NCBI RefSeq assembly: GCF_006345805.1
Contig: NC_042998.1
Coordinates: 4,464,001-4,528,000 of the forward strand
Source of the DNA: Octopus sinensis
Taxonomy: Eukaryota
Direction of reading: 5' to 3'
DNA: 64,000 nucleotides
Under the pieces are notes generated by a model that was given only the letters and a program-made list of their open reading frames with translations, was not told the DNA's origin and did no database searches. Each line of letters begins with the position of its first letter. Position 1 is the stretch's first letter. The translations under genes were made by a program, and so were the position numbers. Below are positions 41,202-54,008 of the stretch, one piece after another.

Positions 41202-41471
41202 ATTAATTAATAGTAGGAGATAGATTTCATATTAGACTTTTATTAGCTACGATATATGCTTCGACCCAGTAGTTTGGGTCTCTTCAGGTACATTGATAAA
41301 GAAGTGTCACTAGAAACTTTTTTTGTCGGCATCCTTGTTGTCAAATACCCATCCAGTTCTCGAACTGGATGGTCATATAATGTACCTGAAAAGACTCAGA
41401 CTGATGGGTCGGAACATATGTTGTACCTAATAAAAGTCGAATATGACATCCATCTCCTACTATTAATTAAT
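41202..41471. mobile_element. Fold-back element, 93 bp arms, with an HHR motif in each arm
   Basis: Arms 41202-41294 / 41379-41471. HHR on minus at 41247-41291 and on plus at 41382-41426. Confidence 0.8.
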
Positions 41472-42722
41472 ACTATATGTGTGTATGTGTGTGTGTGTGT
41501 TTAGGGAGTGAGAGAGAGAAAGAAAAAGAAAGTGTGAGAAAGAAAGAGAGGAAGAGAGAGAAATATCAACCGTCATTAAATCAAACGACCAAACTAACGG
41601 CATATATTTGTGTCTTTCTGTTTATATAATGTTTGGTGCCATTGTCACGCAACCTTTGGTAAAAGTTTAATAAACGTGTACTCAACAAAAAAATCATTGA
41701 ATGGTTCTCCAGTGTAATCGTTGACTCTAATATGATTTGACTTAAAAGCAAACATCATATGTCTGTCTATCTGACTGTCTGTCTCTCAGTCCGTCTACCT
41801 GTCTATCTGTCTATCTGTCTATCTATCTATCCATATATATATTTCCAGATCGATAGATAGATACATAAAGAGATAGATAGATAAACACGACATTCAATCA
41901 TACCTATACACACACCGTACAAATACAAGCCTGAGTTATATCGAAAGTCCTGTACCGTTCTTTGTATGTAAAATAACCTGCATCCGACTTTCTTCAAGAA
42001 CCATTTAAGCGGCTGATATTTTCTTGCAAATAGAAAAATAGGGAAAAAATATTATATGGGACGAAATACTCTACCAAAATGCTCAGTGTGAGGGACTTGC
42101 CCTATTTAATATAGAAGTTATGCTTTCTTATGCATTACACTCGACTGAAAATTTGCTGCGATGTGTACAATTTTCACATAATAGATTTTAATATATCTTG
42201 AGCACATATGTATATGCATAAACACACCGGAATATACCGTCTCGTATAATGCATTACATCACATTACGCATTATTTAGTTCTGATCCGACGAAGGCCATT
42301 TTTGCCCTCCATCGTTTAGCGGCCCCTGAAATACCGGAATATTGTATTACTACTATGGACATCAGCTTCTCAACTGTCAATTCAAAACTGGTGGCTTTTG
42401 CATAAATCAAAGACAATTATATTTCACCTTATAAGTTTGAAATAAAATGGAAATATTTAACATTCCCCTTAGGATTTTGCTTTGATTATTTATTTTTATA
42501 ATTATTACATTAATTTATTCATTTGAATGTTTAACTGATGTGCGACATTCGAAATTATGTATATCGACGTCAAACTAAACTGTTAGTTTTTCGTTATATA
42601 GAACACTGAGTATTCATAACCCCCTTATGGTAAACAGACAAATTGATGACAGAAACATAATTTTATACATCAAACGTAGTTCCGATATAGATTTTGCATT
42701 CATTTTATTAAACATAACAAAA

Positions 42723-42794
<72 letters not shown>

Positions 42795-42901
42795 TCTGAA
42801 TTATATATTTCAATTCATACATAGAGGTAGGCACGTGTACACACGCTCACATACATTTATATAGATATATATATATATTTATACATATCTGCGTGTATGT
42901 G

Positions 42902-42967
<66 letters not shown>

Positions 42968-43089
42968 ATCTTATTTATCCACTATAAATATGTATGTATT
43001 TATATCTTAGCTTTCTGTGAATTGTACTTCTTTTCGTATTTTCCACTATACTTCACGACGTGGAAAGTTTTGTTTCGAATATTTTCACT

Positions 43090-43350
<261 letters not shown>

Positions 43351-43775
43351 TCTATACACACACTTACACACACATATATATATTTCAGTGCGAATGGTTT
43401 TGTTTTATGGTGCTGAGATTTACAATCCTGTAAATGATAATTATGGTATTTATATAAACTTAAAGTGATCAACGTGCAATGAGTAAGGAAAATAATTTAA
43501 TAATAGTGCATATAACCCCTCGAGGGAAAAAAGTACTCTTTCTCATCGGCGTGGGACACGAACGCACAGAAACAGGAGGCTAATTCGCTGGTGTAATGCT
43601 AAGACAGTAGCGTTAACAAAAAGATTTATGGAGGGTCAAAGCTGGGAAGAAAAACAGGATAGTAGAAACATACGAGGAAGCCGAACGAAAACAAACATGG
43701 AGGGTGGTTAGACCATGAGGAGAGGAAAATAGTGAACGCTGGGAGAAATATTTTCTTTGAAAAGAGAAAAGATAC

Positions 43776-43808
<33 letters not shown>

Positions 43809-44104
43809 GGAAAACGTCCAGTCTTTTGCACATCCGTGCAGGAAAAGAAAGATGGTCACGTGAGGAACAGAAATTTTCGTTCAGAGATTAAGAAAATTTT
43901 CGTTTGGTTTCCCTGTATGTCTCCACTGTCCTATTTTTCTTTAAATTGAAGGTGATTGCAAAGACAAAGAACTACCTGTTTCTTTTTTTAAGATTTTAAC
44001 AGTGAAAACATCGAGTACAACAATAATAGTTTGTACCTCAGTTAAATTCTGTTAAGAGCTGTATAATCCATATTTCATTTTACTTAATGATTTAAAAGGC
44101 ATAC

Positions 44105-45182
44105 TTAAATTTCTACGAATATATGGTATATCATGTAGATTCTGAATATACAAAATCCTTGCGGGAAAATGTTTGGGGGGGGGGGGGTCGGAAGATTTAC
44201 CGGAGTCCACTTCAGTTCCTCTTAACTTTCAGGAAAATGGATATTTTTTTAATGGAATTGCCTACAAATATACTTCGGACTATGTAGATTTCAAGTATGT
44301 AGGATTTAGAGGGAAAAGAATTGGGGGTTATATTTGCGAACTGTTCCCAACTGGGTGGGTGTTGTGGGGTCGGAAGAAGTCGTCCATATTTGTTTCAGTT
44401 TCTCCGTTTTGTGCGTCTGTGCGTCCGTATACAACCCTTAACCCTAGTCGTAAAATTTCGGGAAAAAATTGAAAAGTTAAGGCGGGGGTGTTTTAAAAAG
44501 TCTAAAAGTAGACTTTTTTGCATATTCGGAATCGCCGTTGGAAACAAGATCGGAATCCGTAAAAAAGCACAAAATGGTGGCATGCTTGTTCTCACTGTCA
44601 TCACACACACATATATATATAATGAAAAAGTTCAAACGGGGCATTATTCCATTTAATATCATGTTTATTATAGATATTATGTAACAGATTATACTTACAT
44701 TTCTGTATTTAACTGTGCATGTATATTCCTTAGTTTTGCTTCTGGTGTCTTCTGCCTTTCTATTAGAACCGTTTGCTTGGAAATTTACTTAAAATGAAAA
44801 ATATCGTATGCAACAAATCGCTTTCATTTGCCTTCATTGCCTGTTGCTCGAGTAGAAATCTATGGATGCACAAACACGCAAAACAGTGAAAATGTAACAA
44901 ATATGGACGACTTGTTCCGAACCACCCCTGAGTGGGGAACAGTTCTCAAAAATAACACCCAATTGTTTTCCAACATTCCTATATTCCCGGAATCTACATA
45001 GTCCGAGGTATGCTTGTAGACAATTTCATTACATAATATCCATTTTCCTGAAAGTTAGACGAATTGAAGTCGACTCCGGTTGATTTTTCCGAAAATCCGC
45101 CCCCACCCTCCTAGAATACTTTCTCCAAAACATTCTGTATATCCAGAATCTACATAATATAACACGTATTTGTAGAAAATTT
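44105..45182. repeat. Diverged ~320 bp inverted repeat pair (44105-44430 / 44862-45182)
   Basis: Shared blocks aactttcaggaaaatggatatt, cggactatgtagatt, gaactgttccc and aagtcgtccatatttgtt in opposite orientations. Confidence 0.85.
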
Positions 45183-45305
45183 CATTACAAAATATCTATT
45201 TTTCTGAAAGTTATGATCATCCAAAGTCGGTTGCAGGTGGCAGAAATCTGTACTTATACCCTGTTGACAATTGATGTATTAAATGAAATCTCTGCATGAA
45301 ATTTG

Positions 45306-45387
<82 letters not shown>

Positions 45388-45932
45388 TAGGTATATATCT
45401 TAGGCACATAGAAAGCCGGGGAAGAACATAAAATATGAAAGCAACTTTAGAAATTCTTTTTTTTTCTGAAATCGTCACAACTGTAATGATGTATACATAC
45501 GTGTGTGTGTGTGTGTCCGTGCGAAATAGATATTGGAAAATTAATGTACTATATATGGTACCTCATATAATTAATTGAGAAAAAGGCGCCTATCTCCATA
45601 TGAAATTTTTTTCTGACATGAACGTACCTTTACAAATTCTTTTTTTTTTAATCAGAAATCGTCATAACTGTAATGATGTATACATGTGTGTGCGTGTGTG
45701 TGTGCATGTAAATAGCTGGTTAGGACGCAAAAGACAGGAAGTTCAAACACAGGATGTTAAGAAATCGATTTGAAGAAGTGAATCTTATATGTAGAGCGAT
45801 ATTTATTTATAATAAAAAAAATCAAGACCGTATTATTCTTTCTAATGTCAAATTATTCATGTGCCCAAGTATGGTACAGATTGATGCAGAGGTTCGGGCG
45901 AGCATTGAGGACACACACGCAGACAGGATATG

Positions 45933-45987
<55 letters not shown>

Positions 45988-48556
45988 CGTGTGTACGTAT
46001 ATATGTATATGTTCATATTTTTATATCTAATGAAAGCTTACACACGCATATGTGACGTCTTCTTTTGTACTAGACCTAGAATACTGCATCAATTTAAAGA
46101 GACTTGCAAATACACGTACATGATTGAATGAGTATGAACGAGGTAATTCATCTATTTATGACAGCCCTTAATTATGCGCTCCCTTTACTTAGCGAATTTG
46201 TTCTTTTCTTGCAATATTACAATGTGAGTCTTTTGCTCCAATATTTTTCTACAACAATCTCCAGGTATTTCTCCCTTTGACTCCAGTTGAAAATGCAGTT
46301 GAATAATTATAGCTAGCTTCCTAATACGATATCTATAATTTTATAAGTATATATATCATTGATAACATTCTTAATGGGTAAAATATGAAATATTTCAGGT
46401 CGCAAACGGGGCAAGTCTGAAAACCACAATTATCTGACTTGTCACAACAATTTCATATCTTCTATCTCTTCGTTCTATGAAGCGGCTACCTAACCATCTC
46501 TATTACTGGGCTTTTCTGTTTTAAATTGGATTAAGAAATCTGTGGGTCATTAGATTATATAGCGTTTCTAGAATTCACCTAGTTTACCTAGGTTTCCCAG
46601 TGCAAAGTTTCTGTGCCAGAACTGTGTGAGCCCCAAACGCACACACATGGGTTTTTCACGTGTATGCGACAAAAGTATTCAAACTGAAAAGCATTCAGAA
46701 AATAAGCATTCGCATCGTATTCATATTTGCTTATTCAAAATAGATAATAATCATATTTTACGATGTGGTATGAATTATAAATTTATTATCAAACATTATT
46801 TAAAAGACAATACAATTTCTGTAGTATACTTGAACTCATGACATACGAGTATGAAGCTCAATACCTCCTTGTCACTTCAACATGTTGCTTAATTGTCTTT
46901 GTGAAATGGGAAACAAATAATATATACGCATAAAAGCAGATGTAACAAGGGAAATTGTGTATTTTATCTTATTAAAATCTGATCACAATACAAAAACAAA
47001 AGCAGACATTAATATACTTCACCTTCAATATTTTTATAAGATATAAATTTTCCTTTTTTTGTTTCTCAAGTCGCATTTGCTTGTGCCTTTGACTTACATA
47101 TAGACATTTTCCTCCTCCATTTTATTATATTCATATGCTTTCTTTGCATGTTTCAAGATCTTGAATGTTTTTAATTGTTATTTAAATCTCAGTATCAAGA
47201 CGCAATGTAACGATAATAATGCCTTAAGAAATAAGATTGAATACAAAACTAAAAACAAAGTTCAAATCATTTTCAGTTTACAAAAGGAATTAAATCAATC
47301 AGTAAGTAGCTCTCATTTATAGCATTGCAAATGATTGCCTATATTGATTTTTCTATAATTTCTAATCATGTCGTCCTATTTCAATAAGTCAAACTACCAA
47401 CTATAATTTCTTTATCTTTTGAACTGTTTATGAATTTAAACTTTACTTTAGCATATTTTTAGAATAATTTTAGAATATTTTTGTTCTATTTTACTTATTA
47501 AATATTTTATATAACTTAGATTTCGTGGTTGTTCTTTTTTCTCTTTAATCTCAGTAAGTCACTTCTACCTCTAGGACTGCATGTACGTTTTCATCTTTTG
47601 TTACAGAAGCACGAATATAATGCATGTTTCTATTGACAAGTGTTTAAAGAAGTATTTGTGAATAAGTGTGAAATTATCACCTGATTACTATACGTATAGA
47701 GAAAATGACAAAAAAGAAACGATATCTACGTGATCCACTGATATGCAAAAATAGCAACAGAATCTCCTACGTTTTTCACATCACCATTTTAGCTAAAGGT
47801 GTATACTATCTGATATACAAACCAATATCCACGGCTGCAACGCTTTTAATTTATAGGTGTAATCGATCAGTATTGATCATAGTAAAACAAGAACAATAAT
47901 AATATCGATAGAAGAACTAGCAAATGCCTTCACACAAAACGGATATGAAAAGCACGCCTCACACTTGATAAACCAGGCGATTTTAATACTTGTCTGAAAT
48001 GTCGAGAGCACATCCTACTAAATAGCAAAGATAAAATATAGGTTCAATACTTTCTAAATAAGATGAAAATTCATACTTACTCTAGAAACACGTGAGATCG
48101 AATTACAGGCGTGAAAATATTTTAGGTTTTACAAAATAGAATTAAAATTTTCCGGTACTACTTTGAAATCCTTTAGTAAGCTACATAAAGCTAGATCCTA
48201 TGAATATTTAATTCTTGTTTCATTGTAGAGGTGGACACAGTAACGATGCTTATCTAAGTCACGTTATTGCTGATTGAGCAAGCATATCGATAAACTATAT
48301 TTCGAGCGTCTTTCCTTTATTTTCTTGTGGGCTTTTTACATTAAAAAAATCATGAAAAAATTGACAGTGGAGTGTGAGAGAATTGTGTCGTAATAGTTAT
48401 TTGTAATAAAAAGTAAATGCCAACAAATTTATTGCTAGGGACTAGTATATTAAATCGTTCCCAGAACTTGGAATGTATTCTATTATATCGACTGCCAAAG
48501 AGACAGAAGATATATTGCAAGACATGAAGGTAATCCCTATAACCAAACTATAACCA

Positions 48557-48790
48557 AGGCGGCGAGGTGGCAGAAACGTCAACACGTCGCGCGAAATGCC
48601 TAGCTGTCAAATTCCGCCGAGGTCGAATGGAGTGGCTGAGTGGTAAGTAGCTTGCTTACGAACCACATGGTTCCGGGTTCAGTACCACTGCATGGCACCT
48701 TGGGAAAGTGTCTTCTACTAGAGCCTCGGGCTGACCAAAGCCTTGTGAGTGGATTTGGTAGATGGAAACTGAAAGAAGCCCGTCGTATAT
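48557..48790 (+). mobile_element. Chimeric SINE: family B head fragment joined to family C 5' half
   Basis: ggcggcgaggtggcagaaacg...ccgaggtcga joins ggagtggctgagtggtaag...gaagcccgtcg. Confidence 0.8.
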
Positions 48791-49207
48791 ATATATATAT
48801 ATATATGAATAAAAAAATGGAGTTAACGCAGGTGTAATCAAATATTTTTACTTTCGACACATGTTTCGAAAATTCCACTGATACTATTCAAAGGAATAAA
48901 TGATATAAACAATGCAATCTTCGACTCAAGGCGGTGCTCCAGCATGGCTACAGTCACATGACTGAAACAAGTAAAAGAGTAAACTGTCAATACATCACAT
49001 TGATATAATGTAATAACGACAGAGAAGACTGAAAACGGATGACTGACAAGGAACCCCTGTCTCATTTGTCGTTGGATCAGGAACTAATATTTTTGCAGTC
49101 CTTCCTTGTAATCCACCAAATAATATGTTATTCGGTTAAGTTGTTATTTATTTTTTATTTCATCTTGCATGCTTGATATTTCTACACCATAAAAATATGG
49201 TATTTCT

Positions 49208-49596
49208 CTTTTCTCTTTTACTTGTTTCAGTCATTTGACTGCGGCGATGCTGGAGCACCGCCTTTGGTCGAGCAAATCGACCCTGGTACTTATTCTTTTA
49301 AGCCCAGTACTTATTCTATCGGTCTCTTTTGCCGAACCGTTATGTGACGGGGATGTAAACACACCAACATCGGTTGTCAAGCAATGGTAGGGGGACAAAC
49401 ACAGACACACATACATATATATGTATATATATATACGACAGGCTTCTTTCAGTTTCCGTCTACCAAATCCACTCACAAGGCGTTGGTCGGCCCGGAGCTA
49501 TAGCAGAAGACACTTGCCCAAGATGCCAGGCTGTGGGACTGAACCCGGAATTATGTGGTTGGTTAGCAAGCTACTTACCACACAGCCACTCCTGCG
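49208..49596 (-). mobile_element. SINE family C
   Basis: Full reverse copy. Confidence 0.9.
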
Positions 49597-49996
49597 GCTG
49601 GTATATTAGTATTGGATAATCAATTTGTACAGATTACATCATTTTCCTTATCCCCTCAAAGATTTTCTACCGGCAGGTAGCTCCTCACATTATGTTTCAT
49701 TAATTGTAACGTGGTTTGGTTATTATACAAAGTACACACACCAACGTTGTCATTCACTTGCTCCTTGAAAAGTAATATCGGTGATATTAAGCTACAAGTA
49801 CTAGGAACAAGATAATACATTCAAATAATTCTTTCCACTTGTTATTAAATATTCAAAAAACTGAATGTATGTGACGCAGACATACAAATCCTGAATTTAT
49901 ACTTGATGTTTCAATAGTTTTATACTTGTATTTGTACAAAAAAGTGTTAGAGTTCAGTAACGTCACCTACTCGACATAGACATACACGCACATATG

Positions 49997-50076
<80 letters not shown>

Positions 50077-50164
50077 ATAAAATATTAGGGAATAAATCCA
50101 AACTTACAGGGAAAAATCAGATTTAGGATTGAATCCAATTTTATAGAAAAATATTATATTATAT

Positions 50165-50454
50165 TAAATTAGAGATAAAACCACTATTAGGCAAATCATA
50201 CAATGAAAAACTTAAGCCAAACATATTGTTTAAATATTTCTGATTATATTTTAGATATTTCAATCACCTGAAGAATGACTGTAACTCGAATTTTTACGAA
50301 TTGGACAGCCATGAAACGATCGTAGTGTTATATTAATTATCTTTTTTTAATAATTTTGATATATATTTAAAATAATATAAATTAATTAATCTTATGTATT
50401 GGCTTAAGTTTTTCACTGTATGATTTGCCTAATAGTGGTTTTATCTCTAATTTA
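50165..50454. mobile_element. Fold-back element, 56 bp arms (1 mismatch), with an HHR in the spacer
   Basis: Arms 50165-50220 / 50399-50454. Confidence 0.85.
50265..50327 (+). ncRNA. Type I hammerhead ribozyme motif
   Basis: cac-CTGAAGA-atgactgt...acagccat-GAAA-cgatcg-TA-gtg. Core intact, palindromic helix III (ACGATCGT), GUA site after 50324. Helix I is only ~3-4 bp. Confidence 0.75.
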
Positions 50455-50460
50455 TATAAT

Positions 50461-50503
<43 letters not shown>

Positions 50504-50600
50504 TAACAATATAGGATGAAGTCCCTTTCTCTACAGAAAAGGAATCCATCAGGAAGCGTGGGCAGTATATTAAAAAAACCGTTACGGTTGAAGTATAAAC

Positions 50601-51002
50601 ATCATATAATTAAGGGCTAAAGAGGGTTATTCTAAAGTCAATACGCTGATTTATCCACTTATAAATTGAAACTGAAAACGGGCAACTGACCTTTAGAAAA
50701 TTTAAATTTCGTTATCTCTATATTGAATCAATTTCGGATTAATCTTATAAAAGATATATTCTTTCTTCAGTAGAGCTTTCGAGTATTTTATTTATATCCC
50801 ATCGAAAGCTCTACTGAAGAAAGAATATATCTTTTATAAGATTAATTCCGAAATTGATTCAATATAGAGATAACGAAATTTAAATTTTCTAAAGGTTAGT
50901 TGCCCGTTTTCAGTTTCAATTCTCCTGTAGCAAGCGGATTATAAGTGGATAAATCATTGTATTGGCTTTAGAATAACCCTCTTTAGCCCTTAATTATATG
51001 AT
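50601..51002. mobile_element. Near-perfect ~400 bp hairpin (arms 50601-50782 / 50802-51002)
   Basis: 19 nt spacer. The right arm has an extra 18 nt (tctcctgtagcaagcgga) and otherwise only a few differences. Confidence 0.92.
50809..50869 (+). ncRNA. Type I hammerhead ribozyme motif (mirror copy on minus strand at 50716-50775)
   Basis: ctcta-CTGAAGA-[helix II]-GAAA-ttg att caa-TA-tagag. The base of helix II is non-canonical, with an extra A and an A-C pair. Confidence 0.65.
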
Positions 51003-51007
51003 ATATA

Positions 51008-51047
<40 letters not shown>

Positions 51048-51214
51048 TATATATATATTATTAGGTGCCTTTTCGTAATTTAAAACCGGAAAACAAGAAG
51101 AATAGTCGTTACGAAAGTGACCGAGGGTGCTAGTCAGCATCAGTTAAGAGTTGTTTTGACTCTTATTTCTAGCAATGCAGGTACTGACTAGATCTCCAAT
51201 CACTTTACTGACGG

Positions 51215-51333
<119 letters not shown>

Positions 51334-51489
51334 TCGAATTTTGCAGTCCACCTCAACACATGTGCTTTTGGTCAGTATAGTACAGAGGTAAATATGCGTA
51401 TATATTTGTGACTAGTTATATGTACTCGCATTCTGCGTATGCTTTTCTGAGAGTATGTATTGATATTTTCATTTATTTCACCCCGTGTG

Positions 51490-51985
51490 TTTGCTGATGA
51501 AGAAATTGATCAATCTAAAACTATCTGAATTATTTTATTAAATTTTAGCCAGTCTGCATTCCCGGTTTCAACCTCTGTACTTATATGTGGAGTGTATATT
51601 TGAAGTGGTAGGACGTAGTCGGCGTCTTCTGTAAGCATATAGGTATAATAGTCTTTCTGTCGGCATATATGCATAATAGCCATTTAGCTTATGTGGTTTG
51701 GAGCATCCGGTGGACGATGTGTATTGCATATGACTATATTGTGTTGTCTTATGTATACAATTAGAGTGTCACATACTGAATTTGAGTATGACAGTAAGAC
51801 CTGGGCTGTGAGTTCATCACGGATGTATACAGTAACTCCACTATGTTTTCTTTCCCTTCTGCCTTTTCGCAGTATAGTATATTTTGGTACGTGTACTTCT
51901 GCATTCTCTATATCAGGGCTCAGACGAGTATCCGTGAGTGCTATGCATAGGGCTTGATTGCACGCGGTAAGGTCTCTCTATTGTT
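51490..51985 (-). mobile_element. CR1/L2-type LINE APE endonuclease fragment
   Basis: Minus strand LCIALTDTRLSPDIENAEVHVPKYTILRKGRRERKHSGVTVYIRDEL...SNSVCDTL...HRPPD. Confidence 0.85.
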
Positions 51986-51986
51986 G

Positions 51987-52021
<35 letters not shown>

Positions 52022-52107
52022 GGTAGGTCCCGGGTTGATTCGGGGTAACCACAGTAAATAAGGTACTCAATACATAGCAGAGTAAAATTAATTTATTATA
52101 TAGAAGG

Positions 52108-52158
52108 AGCTTCTACAGGACTAGAACTGTTTCATTCAAGAGAAATCTTCAGGAAGCT
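52108..52158 (-). ncRNA. Type I hammerhead ribozyme (mirror copy)
   Basis: Exact reverse complement of 53532-53582. Confidence 0.8.
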
Positions 52159-52301
52159 AGTTACAAGAATTGTATTGGCATTTATACATTTAGGCAGGTT
52201 TAAAGGGGTGTTGGTGGGGGACTTTTTGGGGGTAGGCATAGCGCAAAAAATCATACTTGGGGGAGTGGTCAAGGAGTCAGTGTTAAATTAGATAGGAGAA
52301 T

Positions 52302-52335
<34 letters not shown>

Positions 52336-53184
52336 AATAAAAAATAACAAATAAAAAAATATAAAATATAAAAATAAAAAATAAAAAATAGAAAATAGAA
52401 AATAAAAAATAAAAAAATATATGTAAAAAAAAAAATAAAAAAAAAAATATATATATATTATATATAATATATATATATATGTATAAAGGGGGGGAATAGA
52501 GTTTTAGGTAAATAAGGAGATTCTCACTTATACCTCTACACATACACACATATATATACAATCACACATACATATACATATCTACACATACACATATATA
52601 TGTATACATACACACACTCACTTGCATACACGTATACACACATGTATATATACACACACGACCACACATACATATACACACAGAAAAAATATATATACAC
52701 ATACACACACATCTACTCACATACCGCATACCACACAAAATCCATACACACACATGCACACACAGCACACTACTCCCTATATACACATATATACACATAC
52801 ACACATATATACACCCCCACATGTATGTATGTATGTGTATGTGTGGGTGTATATATATGTGTGTATGTGTATATATGTGTATATAGGGACTAGTGTGCTG
52901 TGTGTGCATGTGTGTGTATGGATTTGTGTGTGTATGCGTGTATGTGAGTAGATGTGTGTGTATGTGTATATATATATTTTCTGTGTGTATATGTATGTGT
53001 GGTCGTTGTGTGTATATATACATGTGTGTATACGTGTATGCAAGTGAGTGTGTGTATGTATAATAATATGTGTATGTGTAGATATGTATATGTATGTGTG
53101 ATTGTATATATATGTGTGTATGTGTAGAGGTATAAGTGAGAATCTCCTTATTTACCTAAAACTCTATTCCCCCCTTTATACATA

Positions 53185-53232
<48 letters not shown>

Positions 53233-53323
53233 TTTTTTTTTTTTTTTTATATATTTTTTTTATATTTTTTATTTTCTATTTTCTATTTTTTATTTTTATT
53301 TTTTATTTTTTATATTTATATTT

Positions 53324-53360
<37 letters not shown>

Positions 53361-53531
53361 ATTTTTTATTTTTTATTTTTTTATTTATTCTCCTATCTAA
53401 TTTAACACTGACTCCTTGACCACTCCCCCAAGTATGATTTTTTGCGCTATGCCTACCCTCCAAAAAGTCCCCCACCAACACCCCTTTAAACCTGCCTAAA
53501 TGTATAAATGCCAATACAATTCTTGTTAACT

Positions 53532-53582
53532 AGCTTCCTGAAGATTTCTCTTGAATGAAACAGTTCTAGTCCTGTAGAAGCT
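53532..53582 (+). ncRNA. Type I hammerhead ribozyme
   Basis: agcttc-CTGAAGA-t ttc tctt gaa t-GAAA-cag ttctagtc ctg-TA-gaagct. Helix I is 6 bp, helix III 4 bp, GUA site after 53576. Helix II closes with U-U. Confidence 0.8.
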
Positions 53583-53593
53583 CCTTCTATATA

Positions 53594-53633
<40 letters not shown>

Positions 53634-53935
53634 ATAGATAGACACATACCCACACACATATAGACAAACATTTGAATAGACGTTTATGTACGTACATGTG
53701 TGTATATTTAATTATATGTGTATATATATTATTTGTAGGTGTATACATACATATATGTGTGTATACACGTATGTATACACACAAAAACACAAATCTCTAT
53801 CTTTTAATCTATGTATATGTGGTGTGTTGTGTGTATGTATGTTTGTGTATATATTTAGAGTTATATCTTACATACTCACATGTGAGCGAGGTGTATGAAT
53901 ATATTCAGAGAGATACCATATATATATATATATTA

Positions 53936-53966
<31 letters not shown>

Positions 53967-53977
53967 ATATATGTATG

Positions 53978-54008
<31 letters not shown>

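Larger units (their letters stand above)
52091..53599. mobile_element. ~1.5 kb palindrome with PLE pLTR-like, HHR-bearing outer ends
   Basis: Arms 52091-~52822 / ~52839-53599 with a ~16 nt spacer. Unique blocks and microsatellite blocks are mirrored in order. Confidence 0.92.

Noticed and set aside
52283-53419. Many ORFs, including the identical MYIYVCMCRGISENLLIYLKLYS on both strands
   Set aside because: They result from the palindrome and from stop-free CA/TA tracts.
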